Assembly (NCBI GenBank): GCA_900542835.1
Contig: UQPB01000011.1
Span: 3,668-67,667, forward strand
Source: an uncultured Pelosinus sp.
Lineage (GTDB): Bacteria; Bacillota; Negativicutes; Sporomusales; Acetonemataceae
Length of the DNA stretch: 64,000 nt
Direction: 5' to 3'
The notes under the pieces are model-generated. The model saw only the letters and a list, made by a program, of their open reading frames with translations, did no database searches and was not told the origin of the DNA. Position 1 is the stretch's first letter, and each line of letters opens with the position of its first letter. Of this stretch, positions 28,447 to 39,477 are shown in pieces. Both the position numbers and the translations under genes were made by a program.

Positions 28447-29635
28447 GTCCGGTCTGGACCTCGCGATTACGGGTGAGACGGCTGAGATGAAGCATCAGCA
28501 GCAAAAAAGCGACGCCTGAAGCAATAATAATTGCGGTGACCGGAACGGCGGCCCAGGTGGCCAGCGAGTAGATACCGGTCGCCAGCAGCATGCAGCTGTT
28601 CTCGGCAAAGTTTTGGACGGCGATACCACGGCCGGCGCCGATACTGGCCTCGCCAACGCTCTCATTGAGCGTATTTACCGGTACAATATACAATCCGCTC
28701 AATACGCCGCTGGCCAGCATCAGCAGCAGCGTAAGCGGCAGCGATGTTGTGAAGGCCAGCAGGATCATCATCATACCGATGGCCGAGCCAAACCAAAGTG
28801 CGCGGCGATAGGTTGCGATCGATACGACATGGGGCGCGGCGAAAGCGCCGATGGCAATGCCGACCCCGATCAGGGCGATCAGCATGCTGACAGGGGTGTT
28901 GCCGGTCAGGCCCAGAGCCAGTGGCGCCCAAATAAAGATCGCCAGCCGCAGAATCGATGTGACCGACCAGAAATAAGCTGAGCCTAAAACCGAAAAGCAG
29001 CCGGCGGGATGTGAAAAGAAGAAACGGAGATCGCTAAAGAAACTGCTGCCTGCCTGCGTAAAAGGCACCTGCGGCTTGACCGGATTACCGGGTATCTGCA
29101 GGTTGAGCAGGAGGGAGACACAATAGATGGCGACGGCGGTTAAAGACGCAATCCCCACCGACAGGTCTGACAACCAGCCACCGGCCAGAGAGCCGCCCAA
29201 TACGGCGATGATCGTTGTGCTCTCAAGATGGCTGTTAGCTTTCAGCAGTTCCCGCTCTGATGTCGTCAACACCGGCAGAATACCGTATTTACCAGGACTG
29301 TAAACGACGGAGCCGAGCCCGAAGCAGAGGTAGCCGGCGGCGGGATTGACCGACAGCAGCATCAGGACGGGGGCTGCGAGCTTCATCAGGTTGCCGGTCA
29401 GCAGAACGCGGGCTTTGGGAACACTGTCGGCGTACAGGCCAACCCAGGGGGAAGCCAAAATATAGGAGAGCAGATACATGCTTTGCACCATTGATAGGTA
29501 GTAAGCCGGATACTGGTCTCGGAGAATAAGCGCCTGCGCGATGAACAGCAGCATATTGTCTGCAAAGGCAGATAAAAACTGCATCGACAGCAGTGCCTGC
29601 AAGGGGGTGAGACATATAGGCAAAAAAAGAGCCAC
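28442..29635 (-). CDS. MFS transporter (lysophospholipid transporter LplT-like)
   Basis: 397 aa, 12 TM; start may be the internal Met MQFLSAF. Confidence 0.55.
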   Translation of the reverse strand: MALFLPICLTPLQALLSMQFLSAFADNMLLFIAQALILRDQYPAYYLSMVQSMYLLSYILASPWVGLYADSVPKARVLLTGNLMKLAAPVLMLLSVNPAAGYLCFGLGSVVYSPGKYGILPVLTTSERELLKANSHLESTTIIAVLGGSLAGGWLSDLSVGIASLTAVAIYCVSLLLNLQIPGNPVKPQVPFTQAGSSFFSDLRFFFSHPAGCFSVLGSAYFWSVTSILRLAIFIWAPLALGLTGNTPVSMLIALIGVGIAIGAFAAPHVVSIATYRRALWFGSAIGMMMILLAFTTSLPLTLLLMLASGVLSGLYIVPVNTLNESVGEASIGAGRGIAVQNFAENSCMLLATGIYSLATWAAVPVTAIIIASGVAFLLLMLHLSRLTRNREVQTGQ

Positions 29636-29672
29636 CCTTCAAATCCAGAATACCGTAGTGGTGCGGCAAGAT

Positions 29673-30080
29673 TTAATTTTGCGCCAGGTCTAAAATCGTT
29701 TGCCAGTCGGTTGCGGAGACCGGCATGACCGACAGCCGCGACTGCGTTACCAGTTCCCAGTTGTCAAATTGGCGATTGGCTTTTATTTCTTTTAAGCTGA
29801 CCGGTCGCGGCAGTGCCTGCCGGGGAATAAAATCGGCGACAATAAAGCGGGAATCCTCGGCTTCGGGATCAGGATAAGGCTGTGAAACGACTTCGGCAAT
29901 GCCGACAATCGCCTTTTCCTTGCCGGTATGATAAATAAACACCTGGTCGCCTGGATGCATATTGCCAATATGACGCAAAGCGGTAAAATTGCGCACGCCA
30001 TTCCAGCGATCTCTGCCAAGCTTCACAAGATCAGCGTAGCTGAAGCTGTCCGGCTCGGTTTTTGCCAGCCAATAGGCCAT
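29673..30080 (-). CDS. EVE (PUA-like) domain protein
   Basis: 135 aa from MAYWLAKTEPDSF; typical standalone EVE/ASCH-like beta-barrel; RBS aggaggg. Confidence 0.6.
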   Translation of the reverse strand: MAYWLAKTEPDSFSYADLVKLGRDRWNGVRNFTALRHIGNMHPGDQVFIYHTGKEKAIVGIAEVVSQPYPDPEAEDSRFIVADFIPRQALPRPVSLKEIKANRQFDNWELVTQSRLSVMPVSATDWQTILDLAQN

Positions 30081-30199
30081 GATAGTCCCTCCTGTGTTCG
30101 TTGGCGTCAGGCCGGATGCAGCCGCATGAGGCCCTGTCCTAAAGGTTCTCGCCTGAAGCGAAAAATCCTGCCGCCGGTAAACGGCGTTAGCGGCTGGGA

Positions 30200-30339
30200 T
30201 AAGCACTGATTAATGTCCGCCGCGCAGTTTGAGCGCGTCAGCCAGTCCTTGCAAGAGTGCTGCTATTGCTGCGGTCTTGCTTACTTGCCAGGAAAAAAAT
30301 CCCGCGTCAATTTGTCCGTTTCATTCAATCAGCGCTTAC
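30200..30339 (-). repeat. MITE-like structured element, family L, copy 3 (in the 5' leader of the EVE-domain gene, sense orientation)
   Basis: Reverse complement aligns with copies at 40450 and 59298: shared TIR-like ends TAAGyGCTGATTrAATGAA ... TTAATCAGTGCTTA, internal TTTTTT(T)C, CTGGCAAG(G/T)AAG, GCAG(G/C)AATAGCA, CTCTTGCAAGGACTGGCTGACGC blocks. Confidence 0.75.
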
Positions 30340-30437
30340 CCTAGTATTGCCGGGCTTATCTTTTTCTACAACGTGCGTGGCAATCCTGGCGGCAGGCAAT
30401 TATTTTTCATTGGGCCTGCATAAAGTACCGCGACGCT

Positions 30438-31499
30438 ATGCAAACTATTGCCGGAGGTGGGATTGTGCGCGGTAAAAATCAAACAACTATCGCTGTTGTC
30501 ATCGCTGCCATCGTTTTGGTGATCATTGCAGGACTGTATTCACTCTTGCGCCCTCCCGCCCCTAAACCGGCACCGGCGCCTGAGCCGCCGCAACAGCAGC
30601 AGCAGTCCCGGCCTGAAAAGCAGCAGGCGCCGCAGCCGATAAAAGGGGTACCGCAGTTAGATGTTTCCAAATATAAGACAGAGCCGAGCGTGACTGTCTG
30701 GCTGGCGGATAAGGGGCAGCGCGACAGAATGATGCTGGAAAAATATATTGAAGGTGTTATCGCTCAGGAGATGCAGCCAGACTGGCCGCTGGAAGCCTTG
30801 AAGGCCCAGGCGATCTGCTCGCGGACGCTGACATTGATTGCCATGGAGGCGGGAACCATCCGCCGCTTGCACCAGACTGACGTATCGACAGCCAAGGAAG
30901 AGCTGCAGGCATTTGCGCCGGAAAAGGTTAATGACACGGTCAGGGAAGCGGTACGAGCGACGCGGGGACAGGTTTTGCTGTACGCCGGCGGCTTGGTTAA
31001 CTCCATTTACAGTTCTTGTAATGGCCAGATCGCAGCCACCAGAGAGGAAAGCTTTCCGACCGAGATCCCGCATGAAACGCCCTATTTTCAGCCTGTAACC
31101 GATACCTGTTTTCAATATGCGCCGGCTAACATTCAACGCTGGACGGCGGTTATCCCCGCTTCGCAGGTAGCCAATGCCATCGGCTACCGGGGAAATCCGG
31201 CCGATATCCGCATCCTGCAGAAAGGACCGTCCGGGCGCATCCTTTATATTGGCGCCGGCGATAAAAAGATGTATGGATCAGATTTTCGCCGCGCTGTCGG
31301 CTATGACCGGCTGAAGTCGACGCTGGTGACGGAAATGCGTTATGCCAACGGCAGCTTCCACTTCACAGGCCTGGGCTGGGGCAACGGTGTGGGACTTTGC
31401 CAATGGGGCGCCTATACCTTTGCCAAACAAGGCAAAAAGGCGGAAGCGATGCTGAATCACTATTATCCGGGAGCCGAAATTAAACCCCTTTGGAAATAG
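30438..31499 (+). CDS. spoIID: Stage II sporulation protein D (SpoIID/LytB amidase-enhancer domain)
   Basis: N-terminal signal anchor, Pro/Gln-rich linker, SpoIID domain (LCQWGAYTFAKQG); alternative GTG start 30465 has better RBS spacing. Confidence 0.8.
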   Translation: MQTIAGGGIVRGKNQTTIAVVIAAIVLVIIAGLYSLLRPPAPKPAPAPEPPQQQQQSRPEKQQAPQPIKGVPQLDVSKYKTEPSVTVWLADKGQRDRMMLEKYIEGVIAQEMQPDWPLEALKAQAICSRTLTLIAMEAGTIRRLHQTDVSTAKEELQAFAPEKVNDTVREAVRATRGQVLLYAGGLVNSIYSSCNGQIAATREESFPTEIPHETPYFQPVTDTCFQYAPANIQRWTAVIPASQVANAIGYRGNPADIRILQKGPSGRILYIGAGDKKMYGSDFRRAVGYDRLKSTLVTEMRYANGSFHFTGLGWGNGVGLCQWGAYTFAKQGKKAEAMLNHYYPGAEIKPLWK

Positions 31500-31502
31500 A
31501 AA

Positions 31503-31540
31503 GAAAAAACATTTCGCCATCCCGGCGGAATGTTTTTTTC
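31503..31540 (+). terminator. Terminator after spoIID (ACATTTCGCC-ATCCC-GGCGGAATGT + T7)
   Basis: Stem-loop followed by TTTTTTT. Confidence 0.7.
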
Positions 31541-31599
31541 TTTTGCCGCGGCTTGAAAAACTTTGGCGAAATATCCTCTGTTTTTGACGGCAACCTATG

Positions 31600-31628
31600 T
31601 TGGCAATTCGACCTGATTCGGCTATAAT
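31600..31628 (+). promoter_or_regulatory. Sigma-A-type promoter for ywiB-like/argS (TTGGCA-N17-TATAAT)
   Basis: Hexamers read directly, downstream of the spoIID terminator. Confidence 0.5.
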
Positions 31629-31680
31629 ATATTGGTATATTGCTGCGCGCCGGTTCGGCGCGCTTAATTGGGAGAAAGCC

Positions 31681-32112
31681 ATGCAAGCTGTTATTGTCAA
31701 GGTGACGGGAACCCAGCAAGGGGCCGACGGCGAGATCGAAACGATTGAGCTGACCGCCACAGGAAGCTGCCGGCGACAAAACGGGACAACCTATATTACC
31801 TATAAGGAAGAGTTGACCGGACTCGACGGCGCTTCAACCCTGCTGAAGCTGTATCCGAACCATATATGCCTCGTCAGGCTGGGCGCTTATCAACAGAAGC
31901 AGGAGTTTATTCCCGGGCGTAAGACCTACAGCAATTATGTCACGCCTCATGGCAGCCTGATGCTGGGTGTGACCACGCGATCCTTGGCGTTCACTCCGAT
32001 TGACGAGAATGATCCGTCTGCCGGGCAGACTGTTGCGATTAACTACGAATTGGAAGTGGAGGGACAATGGCAGAGCAGCAATACGCTGCGATTGTCCTTT
32101 ACGAAGGCATGA
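31681..32112 (+). CDS. DUF1934 (YwiB-like) beta-barrel protein
   Basis: 143 aa; located immediately upstream of argS as ywiB is in Bacillus; RBS gggag. Confidence 0.55.
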   Translation: MQAVIVKVTGTQQGADGEIETIELTATGSCRRQNGTTYITYKEELTGLDGASTLLKLYPNHICLVRLGAYQQKQEFIPGRKTYSNYVTPHGSLMLGVTTRSLAFTPIDENDPSAGQTVAINYELEVEGQWQSSNTLRLSFTKA

Positions 32113-32129
32113 ATGAGAGGAAGAATAGC

Positions 32130-33797
32130 ATGGATATGAAGGGCCTGCTCTCCGGGGCTGTCCTGGCGGCCGCCGAGGCTGCCGTACAGGCCGGTGAACT
32201 GAAGCTGGACGAACTGGGGCCGGTGCAGTTGGAGGTGCCGCCGCAAAAGGAATTCGGCGATTACGCAACTAATTTCGCGATGCAGACGGCAAAAGCGGCC
32301 CGGATGAATCCACGGGTGCTGGCGCAGACAATTGCCGCAAGGCTTCAGGAGCCATGGCTGGAAAAAATTGAAATTGCCGGACCGGGATTCATGAATTTTT
32401 ATTTAAAACCCGACTGGCTGTATGAAACGCTTGATCGCGTGATCAAAGCGGGTGACGGGTGGGGGAATCTGACTGCCGAGCAACCGCAGAAAATACAGGT
32501 CGAATTTGTCAGCGCTAATCCGACCGGTCCGCTGCATGTCGGGCATGGCCGGGGAGCGGCGCTGGGCAGTGCACTTGTCAATTTGCTGCGGGCGGCGGGG
32601 CACGCGGTGGAAGCGGAGTATTATATCAATGATGCCGGCAACCAAATTGATAATTTGGCTGCTTCTGTTAATACCCGCTACCTGGAACTGCTGGGGCAGC
32701 CGGCTGTGTTTCCCGAGGATGGCTATCACGGCGGCGATATTATTGAAACGGCGAAGCGGATTATTACCCGTGATGGCGACCGTTATCTGAAGGCAGCCGA
32801 CGATGAACGGATGGCTGTGTTTAAAGAACTGGCGCTGACGGAGAAGCTGGCGGCGCTGCGGGAAGACCTGGAAGCTTTCAGAGTAACGTTTGACGTCTGG
32901 TTTTCCGAACGCAGCCTGCACCGGCAAAACGCCATTGACACCACCTGTGAATTATTAACGGAAAAAGGCGATATGTACCGGCAGGACGGCGCTCTCTGGC
33001 TGAAGTCGACCGCCTATGGCGATGATAAGGATCGCGTCGTTATTCGTGATAATGGCGTTCCCACCTATCTGGCTGCCGATATTGCCTATCATCGTGATAA
33101 ACTGGAGCGCGGTTTTGATACGATTATCAATATCTGGGGAGCCGATCATCATGGCTATATTCCCCGGGTCCGGGCCGCGATCGCGGCTATGGGTTATGAC
33201 CCGCAGCGTCTGGAAGTCCTGATTCTGCAAATGGTCAGCCTTTACCAAAACGGTGAGCTGGTAAAAATGTCTAAGCGAACCGGCCAGGGCGTGACGCTTA
33301 CTGAACTAATGGAAGAGGTCGGAGTCGACGCCGCCCGTTTTTTCTTTATTATGCGTTCAGCCGACAGCCAGCTTGACTTTGATCTGGATTTGGCGAAGTC
33401 ACGCACCAATGAGAACCCGGTCTACTATATTCAATATGCGCATGCCCGCATTGCCAGCATCTTCCGCCAGGCGGCGGAAGCCGGCGTTGCGGCAACGCTG
33501 CCGGAAAGTCCGGCAGCGTTGGCGGTTTTGACACAGGAAGCGGAAATCGATCTGATTAAAAAGCTGGGGAGCTACCCCGGCGAGATTGCCGCTGCGGCCA
33601 AAGAGCGCGCTCCGCACCGTATCGCGCGGTTTGCGCATGAACTGGCCGGTTTATTCCATACCTTTTATAATCAATGCCGGATCATCGGCGTTGAGCCCGA
33701 ACTGCAGGCCGCCCGCCTGGCGCTGGTTGGAGCCGTGCAGTCGACAATCCGTCATTCGCTGGCGGTTCTGGGTGTTAGCGCGCCCGAAAAAATGTGA
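32130..33797 (+). CDS. argS: Arginine--tRNA ligase
   Basis: SANPTGPLHVGHGR (HIGH), class-I core, DALR anticodon-binding C-terminus; RBS gagaggaag. Confidence 0.9.
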   Translation: MDMKGLLSGAVLAAAEAAVQAGELKLDELGPVQLEVPPQKEFGDYATNFAMQTAKAARMNPRVLAQTIAARLQEPWLEKIEIAGPGFMNFYLKPDWLYETLDRVIKAGDGWGNLTAEQPQKIQVEFVSANPTGPLHVGHGRGAALGSALVNLLRAAGHAVEAEYYINDAGNQIDNLAASVNTRYLELLGQPAVFPEDGYHGGDIIETAKRIITRDGDRYLKAADDERMAVFKELALTEKLAALREDLEAFRVTFDVWFSERSLHRQNAIDTTCELLTEKGDMYRQDGALWLKSTAYGDDKDRVVIRDNGVPTYLAADIAYHRDKLERGFDTIINIWGADHHGYIPRVRAAIAAMGYDPQRLEVLILQMVSLYQNGELVKMSKRTGQGVTLTELMEEVGVDAARFFFIMRSADSQLDFDLDLAKSRTNENPVYYIQYAHARIASIFRQAAEAGVAATLPESPAALAVLTQEAEIDLIKKLGSYPGEIAAAAKERAPHRIARFAHELAGLFHTFYNQCRIIGVEPELQAARLALVGAVQSTIRHSLAVLGVSAPEKM

Positions 33798-33830
33798 GTC
33801 GCAGTTTAATTATTTCGCGGAGGGAATTAC

Positions 33831-34202
33831 ATGTCTACTAAGGAAATCGGATCAGAAGCCGATATCGCTTACCAAATCCTGCGGCAGGCAGGCGCGCCGA
33901 TGCATTTTCGCGATTTGATCAATCAGGTTCTGGTTGAGAAGGGCGGTCCCGTCTATTCGCGCGGACATGCCATGGCGGAGGTTCACACCCAGGTAAATAT
34001 TGACAGTCGCTTTTTTCATGTTGGCAAAGGCGAATGGGGACTGGTGGAATGGACGCCGCAGCGGGTATCCGGCCGTATGTCTGAGGAACCGGCCGATAAA
34101 TCGTATCAAACGAATTTGCGCAGGGAGAAGCTGTTGGAGGAAATTCAGCAGGATTATGTGAAAGTACCGGCCGAACCGGAAGAACTGGATGAGAATCCCT
34201 GA
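33831..34202 (+). CDS. rpoE: DNA-directed RNA polymerase subunit delta (HARE-HTH domain)
   Basis: N-terminal HARE-HTH with GEWGL motif, acidic C-tail; immediately upstream of pyrG as in Bacillus. Confidence 0.6.
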   Translation: MSTKEIGSEADIAYQILRQAGAPMHFRDLINQVLVEKGGPVYSRGHAMAEVHTQVNIDSRFFHVGKGEWGLVEWTPQRVSGRMSEEPADKSYQTNLRREKLLEEIQQDYVKVPAEPEELDENP

Positions 34203-34255
34203 CAGGCAAAATACGCGTAAAGAAAACCGGCGGCAGCCGGTTATAGGAGGAGTAA

Positions 34256-35866
<1,611 letters not shown>

Positions 35867-35870
35867 CGTA

Positions 35871-35900
35871 TTCGGACTGTTGAGTAATCAACAGTCCGAA
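35871..35900 (+). terminator. Perfect 13-bp hairpin TTCGGACTGTTGA-GTAA-TCAACAGTCCGAA after pyrG, without U-tract
   Basis: Read directly; GNRA-like GTAA loop; function (terminator, stabiliser or processing site) unclear. Confidence 0.4.
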
Positions 35901-35922
35901 TTGCTAACAGGAGGTGCAGCGG

Positions 35923-36834
35923 ATGTATAAAAAAGCAGTCATGGTTGTCATTCTGGCCGTGGTCGCGCTGTCGCTGGCGGCGCTGTCCCTGCTGGCCGGC
36001 CGACAGGAGGCCGCCGGTGGCAAGATTGCCTTGATTTATGTCGAGGGCGTTATTGCCGGCGGCCGTGGCCAAACGTCGCTCTTTGCCGATGGCGGCGGCA
36101 CCGACGCCCTGATGAAACAATTGCGGCAGGCTAAGGACGATCCCTCGGTCCGCGCGGTCGTACTGCGGATCAACAGTCCGGGCGGCAGCGCTCCGGCAGC
36201 CCAGGAAGTGGGCGAAGAAGTTAAACGGCTGCGCCAGGCGGGCAAACCAGTGGTTGCCTCAATGGGTGATGTCGCCGCATCCGGCGGTTACTGGCTGGCG
36301 GCTGTCAGTGACAAGATATACGCCAACCCCGCTTCGCTGACCGGCAGTATCGGCGTTTATATTCCCTATACAAACTGGGAGCAGTTAATGAATAAGCTCG
36401 GCGTTCATTCGGAAAAAATCAAAAGCGGCCCTTACAAGGACATTTTGTCGCCTGACCGCGGCCTGACCGCGGCGGAGCGGGACATCATCCAGACCATGGT
36501 GGATGAGCTGTATGAGCAATTTGTCGCCGTTGTAGCCGAAGGCCGCAATCTGGATAAGGAAACTGTCCGTAAGCTGGCTGACGGCCGTGTTTACACCGGC
36601 AGTCAGGCGAAAGCGGCCGGTCTGGTCGATGAACTGGGGAATTTATATGATGCCATTGACGGCGCCAGAGAACTGGCGGGACTGGACGCCGATGCGCCGC
36701 TGATCGAGTTTGGCCGCGGCACTCCGTGGGAGGCCCTGTTTGAAAGCCGCTCTGACTGGCGGCAGCTGCTGCGGCAGCAAACGGAAAGCCTTTTGGCGCC
36801 GTTGGCTGTTTCACCGCTGCGGCAGGTGGAATGA
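35923..36834 (+). CDS. sppA: Signal peptide peptidase SppA (36K type, S49 family)
   Basis: N-terminal TM anchor; MGDVAASGGYWLA catalytic Ser region; RBS aggagg. Confidence 0.85.
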   Translation: MYKKAVMVVILAVVALSLAALSLLAGRQEAAGGKIALIYVEGVIAGGRGQTSLFADGGGTDALMKQLRQAKDDPSVRAVVLRINSPGGSAPAAQEVGEEVKRLRQAGKPVVASMGDVAASGGYWLAAVSDKIYANPASLTGSIGVYIPYTNWEQLMNKLGVHSEKIKSGPYKDILSPDRGLTAAERDIIQTMVDELYEQFVAVVAEGRNLDKETVRKLADGRVYTGSQAKAAGLVDELGNLYDAIDGARELAGLDADAPLIEFGRGTPWEALFESRSDWRQLLRQQTESLLAPLAVSPLRQVE

Positions 36835-37415
36835 TGACAGAGATAGCCGATAAAAAAACTCTCATCTGGGAGATCTGGTATGATGTCCTGTTCGACCCTG
36901 CCGCGGCCATGCGTTCTGTGGCTGCTGCGCCGCGAAAAGGTCCGGCGCTGTTCAGCCTGATCAGCGGGCTTCTGCCGCCCTGGGCTTTGTATTTCGCAGT
37001 TGGCGGAACGGGCAGTGATTTGGCTGGCGCACTTTTGCCGCTGTGGATTGTCCTGGCGATTGGCTTCTGGTTTGCCGCTGCCGCCCTGCTGCACCTGGCC
37101 GCGGTGCTGGCCGGAGGACGCGGCGATGCCTCTGTTCTGCTGTGCGCGCTGGGTTATGTCCTGCTGCCGCAGTTCTTCCTCATTCCGGCGGCGGCCTTTG
37201 CCTGGGGCCTGCCGCCAGGGGCTCGTATGGCTGGCTTTATTGCCGGCCCGGCTCTGCTGCTGTGCTGGTCGCTGCGGCTTAGCCTGCTGGCGCTGCGGCA
37301 GGGGTACGGACTTACGGCAGCAAAAGCGGCGCTGGTTTTACTCGTGCCGATTTTCCTGCCTGCCGGCATTTTCCTGTTGGCAGTAGCAGCTTTGGGCTTT
37401 GGCATTTTTTTATAG
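36831..37415 (+). CDS. Integral membrane protein (Yip1-domain-like)
   Basis: 194 aa, 4-5 TM; ATGA overlap with sppA stop; strong terminator follows. Confidence 0.4.
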   Translation: MMTEIADKKTLIWEIWYDVLFDPAAAMRSVAAAPRKGPALFSLISGLLPPWALYFAVGGTGSDLAGALLPLWIVLAIGFWFAAAALLHLAAVLAGGRGDASVLLCALGYVLLPQFFLIPAAAFAWGLPPGARMAGFIAGPALLLCWSLRLSLLALRQGYGLTAAKAALVLLVPIFLPAGIFLLAVAALGFGIFL

Positions 37416-37449
37416 TAGCGGTGGCCGCAGGGCATGCTAATAACGGACT

Positions 37450-37491
37450 GGCAGCGGGCGGCAGTATGCTGCCCGCCAGCGGGTGATTTTT
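37450..37491 (+). terminator. Terminator after the Yip1-like gene (GC-rich hairpin + GATTTTTTGG)
   Basis: Read directly. Confidence 0.65.
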
Positions 37492-37551
37492 TGGAATTAT
37501 AGCAAAACAATCTACAAAAAACAAAATAAGAACCAAATTTTCCCATAGTGC

Positions 37552-37580
37552 AGCAGGAAAATGGCGTTAGAGTCCGAATA
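37552..37580 (+). promoter_or_regulatory. Sigma-H-type promoter for spo0F (gcAGGAAAA - 11 nt - tccGAATat)
   Basis: Matches RnAGGAwww-N11-12-RnnGAATww sigma-H consensus; a Spo0A-box-like TTGTCGC lies at the start codon. Confidence 0.45.
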
Positions 37581-37663
37581 TGTAGAATAGTAAAGCCACC
37601 GTGTATCCGGCTGATAGAGGAGTAAGCTTTTAGTAAAGCAATATCGATATGGAGTGATCGAAA

Positions 37664-38062
37664 TTGTCGCTTTCACAGGCAACGATACTAATTGTTGACG
37701 ACCAGCCCGGGATCAGGAGACTGTTGTTGGAAGTGCTATCTGAAAACGGATACGCTGTCGAAACTGCCGCCAATGGCTATGAAGGGCTGCAAAAAGCGCG
37801 GGAAGTGAATCCGGAACTGCTGCTGATGGATATGAAGATGCCGGGATTGGACGGGATCGAAACCTTGCGCGAATTGCGGCGGATCGGTCTGGATTCCAAG
37901 GTGATCATGATGACCGCTTACGGCGAACTGGACATGATTAATGAAGCGAAGGAACTGGGAGCGCTCGCCTATATCACTAAACCGTTCGACATTCTCTCGC
38001 TATGTCAGCTTGTGGAACAAAATGTAAAGGACAGCTCGCTGCTGCGTCTGCGCAGCGGTTAA
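37664..38062 (+). CDS. spo0F: Sporulation initiation phosphotransferase F (single-domain response regulator)
   Basis: Receiver domain alone; near-identity in key segments to B. subtilis Spo0F (IVDDQ.GIR.LL.EV, MTAYGELDMI.E.KELGAL, KPFDI); sigma-H-type promoter upstream; TTG start. Confidence 0.75.
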   Translation: MSLSQATILIVDDQPGIRRLLLEVLSENGYAVETAANGYEGLQKAREVNPELLLMDMKMPGLDGIETLRELRRIGLDSKVIMMTAYGELDMINEAKELGALAYITKPFDILSLCQLVEQNVKDSSLLRLRSG

Positions 38063-38141
38063 GCCCAAGCGTTCCGTCAAGGCTGCCGGCAGGAATTTCC
38101 TAGCTGCCGGCGAATGTGTTTATTGGGAAGGAGGGCAGGTT

Positions 38142-38768
38142 ATGGTGCTTGCTGCCACTACCACTCTTGCGCTCTATTGTTCGCATTGCGGTAAAATCCA
38201 TTTACATACGGTTTGCCGTTTCGAATTACACGCCTTAAAAACGGCGGAGTTATGCTGCAGCTGTGGTCATGTGCAGGCCAGGGTCGCTCCTGCCCGTAAT
38301 GGCCAGTTTTTTCTCACCCTTTATTGTCAATTGTGCCGCAAACAGCACGTTTTGTGCGTCAGCTACCGCCATAATGGCGCTGTTGAACCGCGCAAACTTT
38401 ATTGTGCCGATAATAATCTGGAATTAGGGCTGGCCGGCGAACGCCAACTGCTTGAGCAGACGCTGGACCGGCATCGCTATGCGGTTAATCATGCCTCCCA
38501 GGATCCGACGGGAGCCGAGTCCGAGAATTCGCAGGTACTGCTTGACGTACTGAATAAAGTCCATGATATTGCCGAAAACGGCGGCGTTCATTGCAGCTGC
38601 GGCAGCTCGGCGATCCGGGCCAGAGTGCTGACTGCCTGCATTGAACTGCGCTGCCTCGCCTGCGGTGCTGCTGCCACCCTGGCGGCTCGCAATGAAACGG
38701 ATCTGGCGCGGCTGGCGGATATGAAAACCATTGATTTATCCCGGTCCTGTCATTCGCGAACTCATTGA
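38142..38768 (+). CDS. Cysteine-rich hypothetical protein (tandem CxxC / CCxC clusters, possible double zinc ribbon)
   Basis: 208 aa; Cys pairs in both halves (YCSHCG...CCSCGH...CQLC...; VHCSCGSS...CLACG); RBS ggaaggaggg; occupies the position of fbaA between spo0F and tal. Confidence 0.5.
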   Translation: MVLAATTTLALYCSHCGKIHLHTVCRFELHALKTAELCCSCGHVQARVAPARNGQFFLTLYCQLCRKQHVLCVSYRHNGAVEPRKLYCADNNLELGLAGERQLLEQTLDRHRYAVNHASQDPTGAESENSQVLLDVLNKVHDIAENGGVHCSCGSSAIRARVLTACIELRCLACGAAATLAARNETDLARLADMKTIDLSRSCHSRTH

Positions 38769-38794
38769 CTGAATTTTAGAATGGAGGGGCTTTT

Positions 38795-39439
38795 ATGAAG
38801 TTTTTTCTCGACAGCGCCAATATCGCAGACGTAGAGGCTGCGTTCCAGCTTGGTGTCATTGACGGTGTGACGACAAATCCTTCGCTGATCGCAAAGGAAA
38901 AGCAGGATATTAAGGCGGTCGTAAAAGAGATTGCCCGCATTGTTCCCGGTCCGGTCAGCGCCGAGGTGATCAGCGACCGTTATGAGCTGATGCTGCCGGA
39001 AGCCCGTGAATTGGCTAAATTAGCCGACAATATTGTCATCAAGGTGCCGATCGGCGTCGAGGGCTTAAAGACGGTCAGCGCTCTTCGCGCCGAGGGGATT
39101 AAAACCAATGTCACGCTGATTTTTTCCGCCAATCAGGCACTATTGGCGGCGCGGGCCGGCGCCGCTTTTGTCAGTCCGTTTATCGGCCGGCTGGATGATA
39201 TCAGCGAGGATGGCGTGCAGCTTGTGGGCAGCATTGCCGATATCTTTCAAATCCATGCGATTGAAACCGAAATTATTGCCGCCAGCGTCAGGCATCCGCT
39301 GCATGTGACCCAGGCCGCTCTGGCCGGGGCCCATATCGCCACAGTTCCTTACTCGGTATTGCTGTCACTGCTGGCGCATCCCTTGACCGATGCCGGGATA
39401 AAACGGTTTTATGATGACTGGAAGAGCGCCGCTGGCTGA
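38795..39439 (+). CDS. tal: Transaldolase (short Fsa/TalC-type, 214 aa)
   Basis: [14 protein letters not shown]...GVTTNPSL N-terminus and active-site Lys region of class-I aldolase TalC/Fsa subfamily. Confidence 0.85.
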   Translation: MKFFLDSANIADVEAAFQLGVIDGVTTNPSLIAKEKQDIKAVVKEIARIVPGPVSAEVISDRYELMLPEARELAKLADNIVIKVPIGVEGLKTVSALRAEGIKTNVTLIFSANQALLAARAGAAFVSPFIGRLDDISEDGVQLVGSIADIFQIHAIETEIIAASVRHPLHVTQAALAGAHIATVPYSVLLSLLAHPLTDAGIKRFYDDWKSAAG

Positions 39440-39477
39440 GTTTTGTATTTGCCGAGAATAGGGAGTAGAGGTGCAAA

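Noticed and set aside
30340-30437. Sigma-E promoter for spoIID (GCATAAA ... ATGCAAACT)
   Set aside because: Only a partial match to the kmATATT / CATACAnT consensus, and the spacing is ambiguous. Not reported as a feature.
34203-34255. Hairpin AACCGGCGGCAGCCGGTT upstream of pyrG as a pyrimidine attenuator
   Set aside because: It is short, has no U-tract, and shows no PyrR-binding loop consensus. It is probably incidental.
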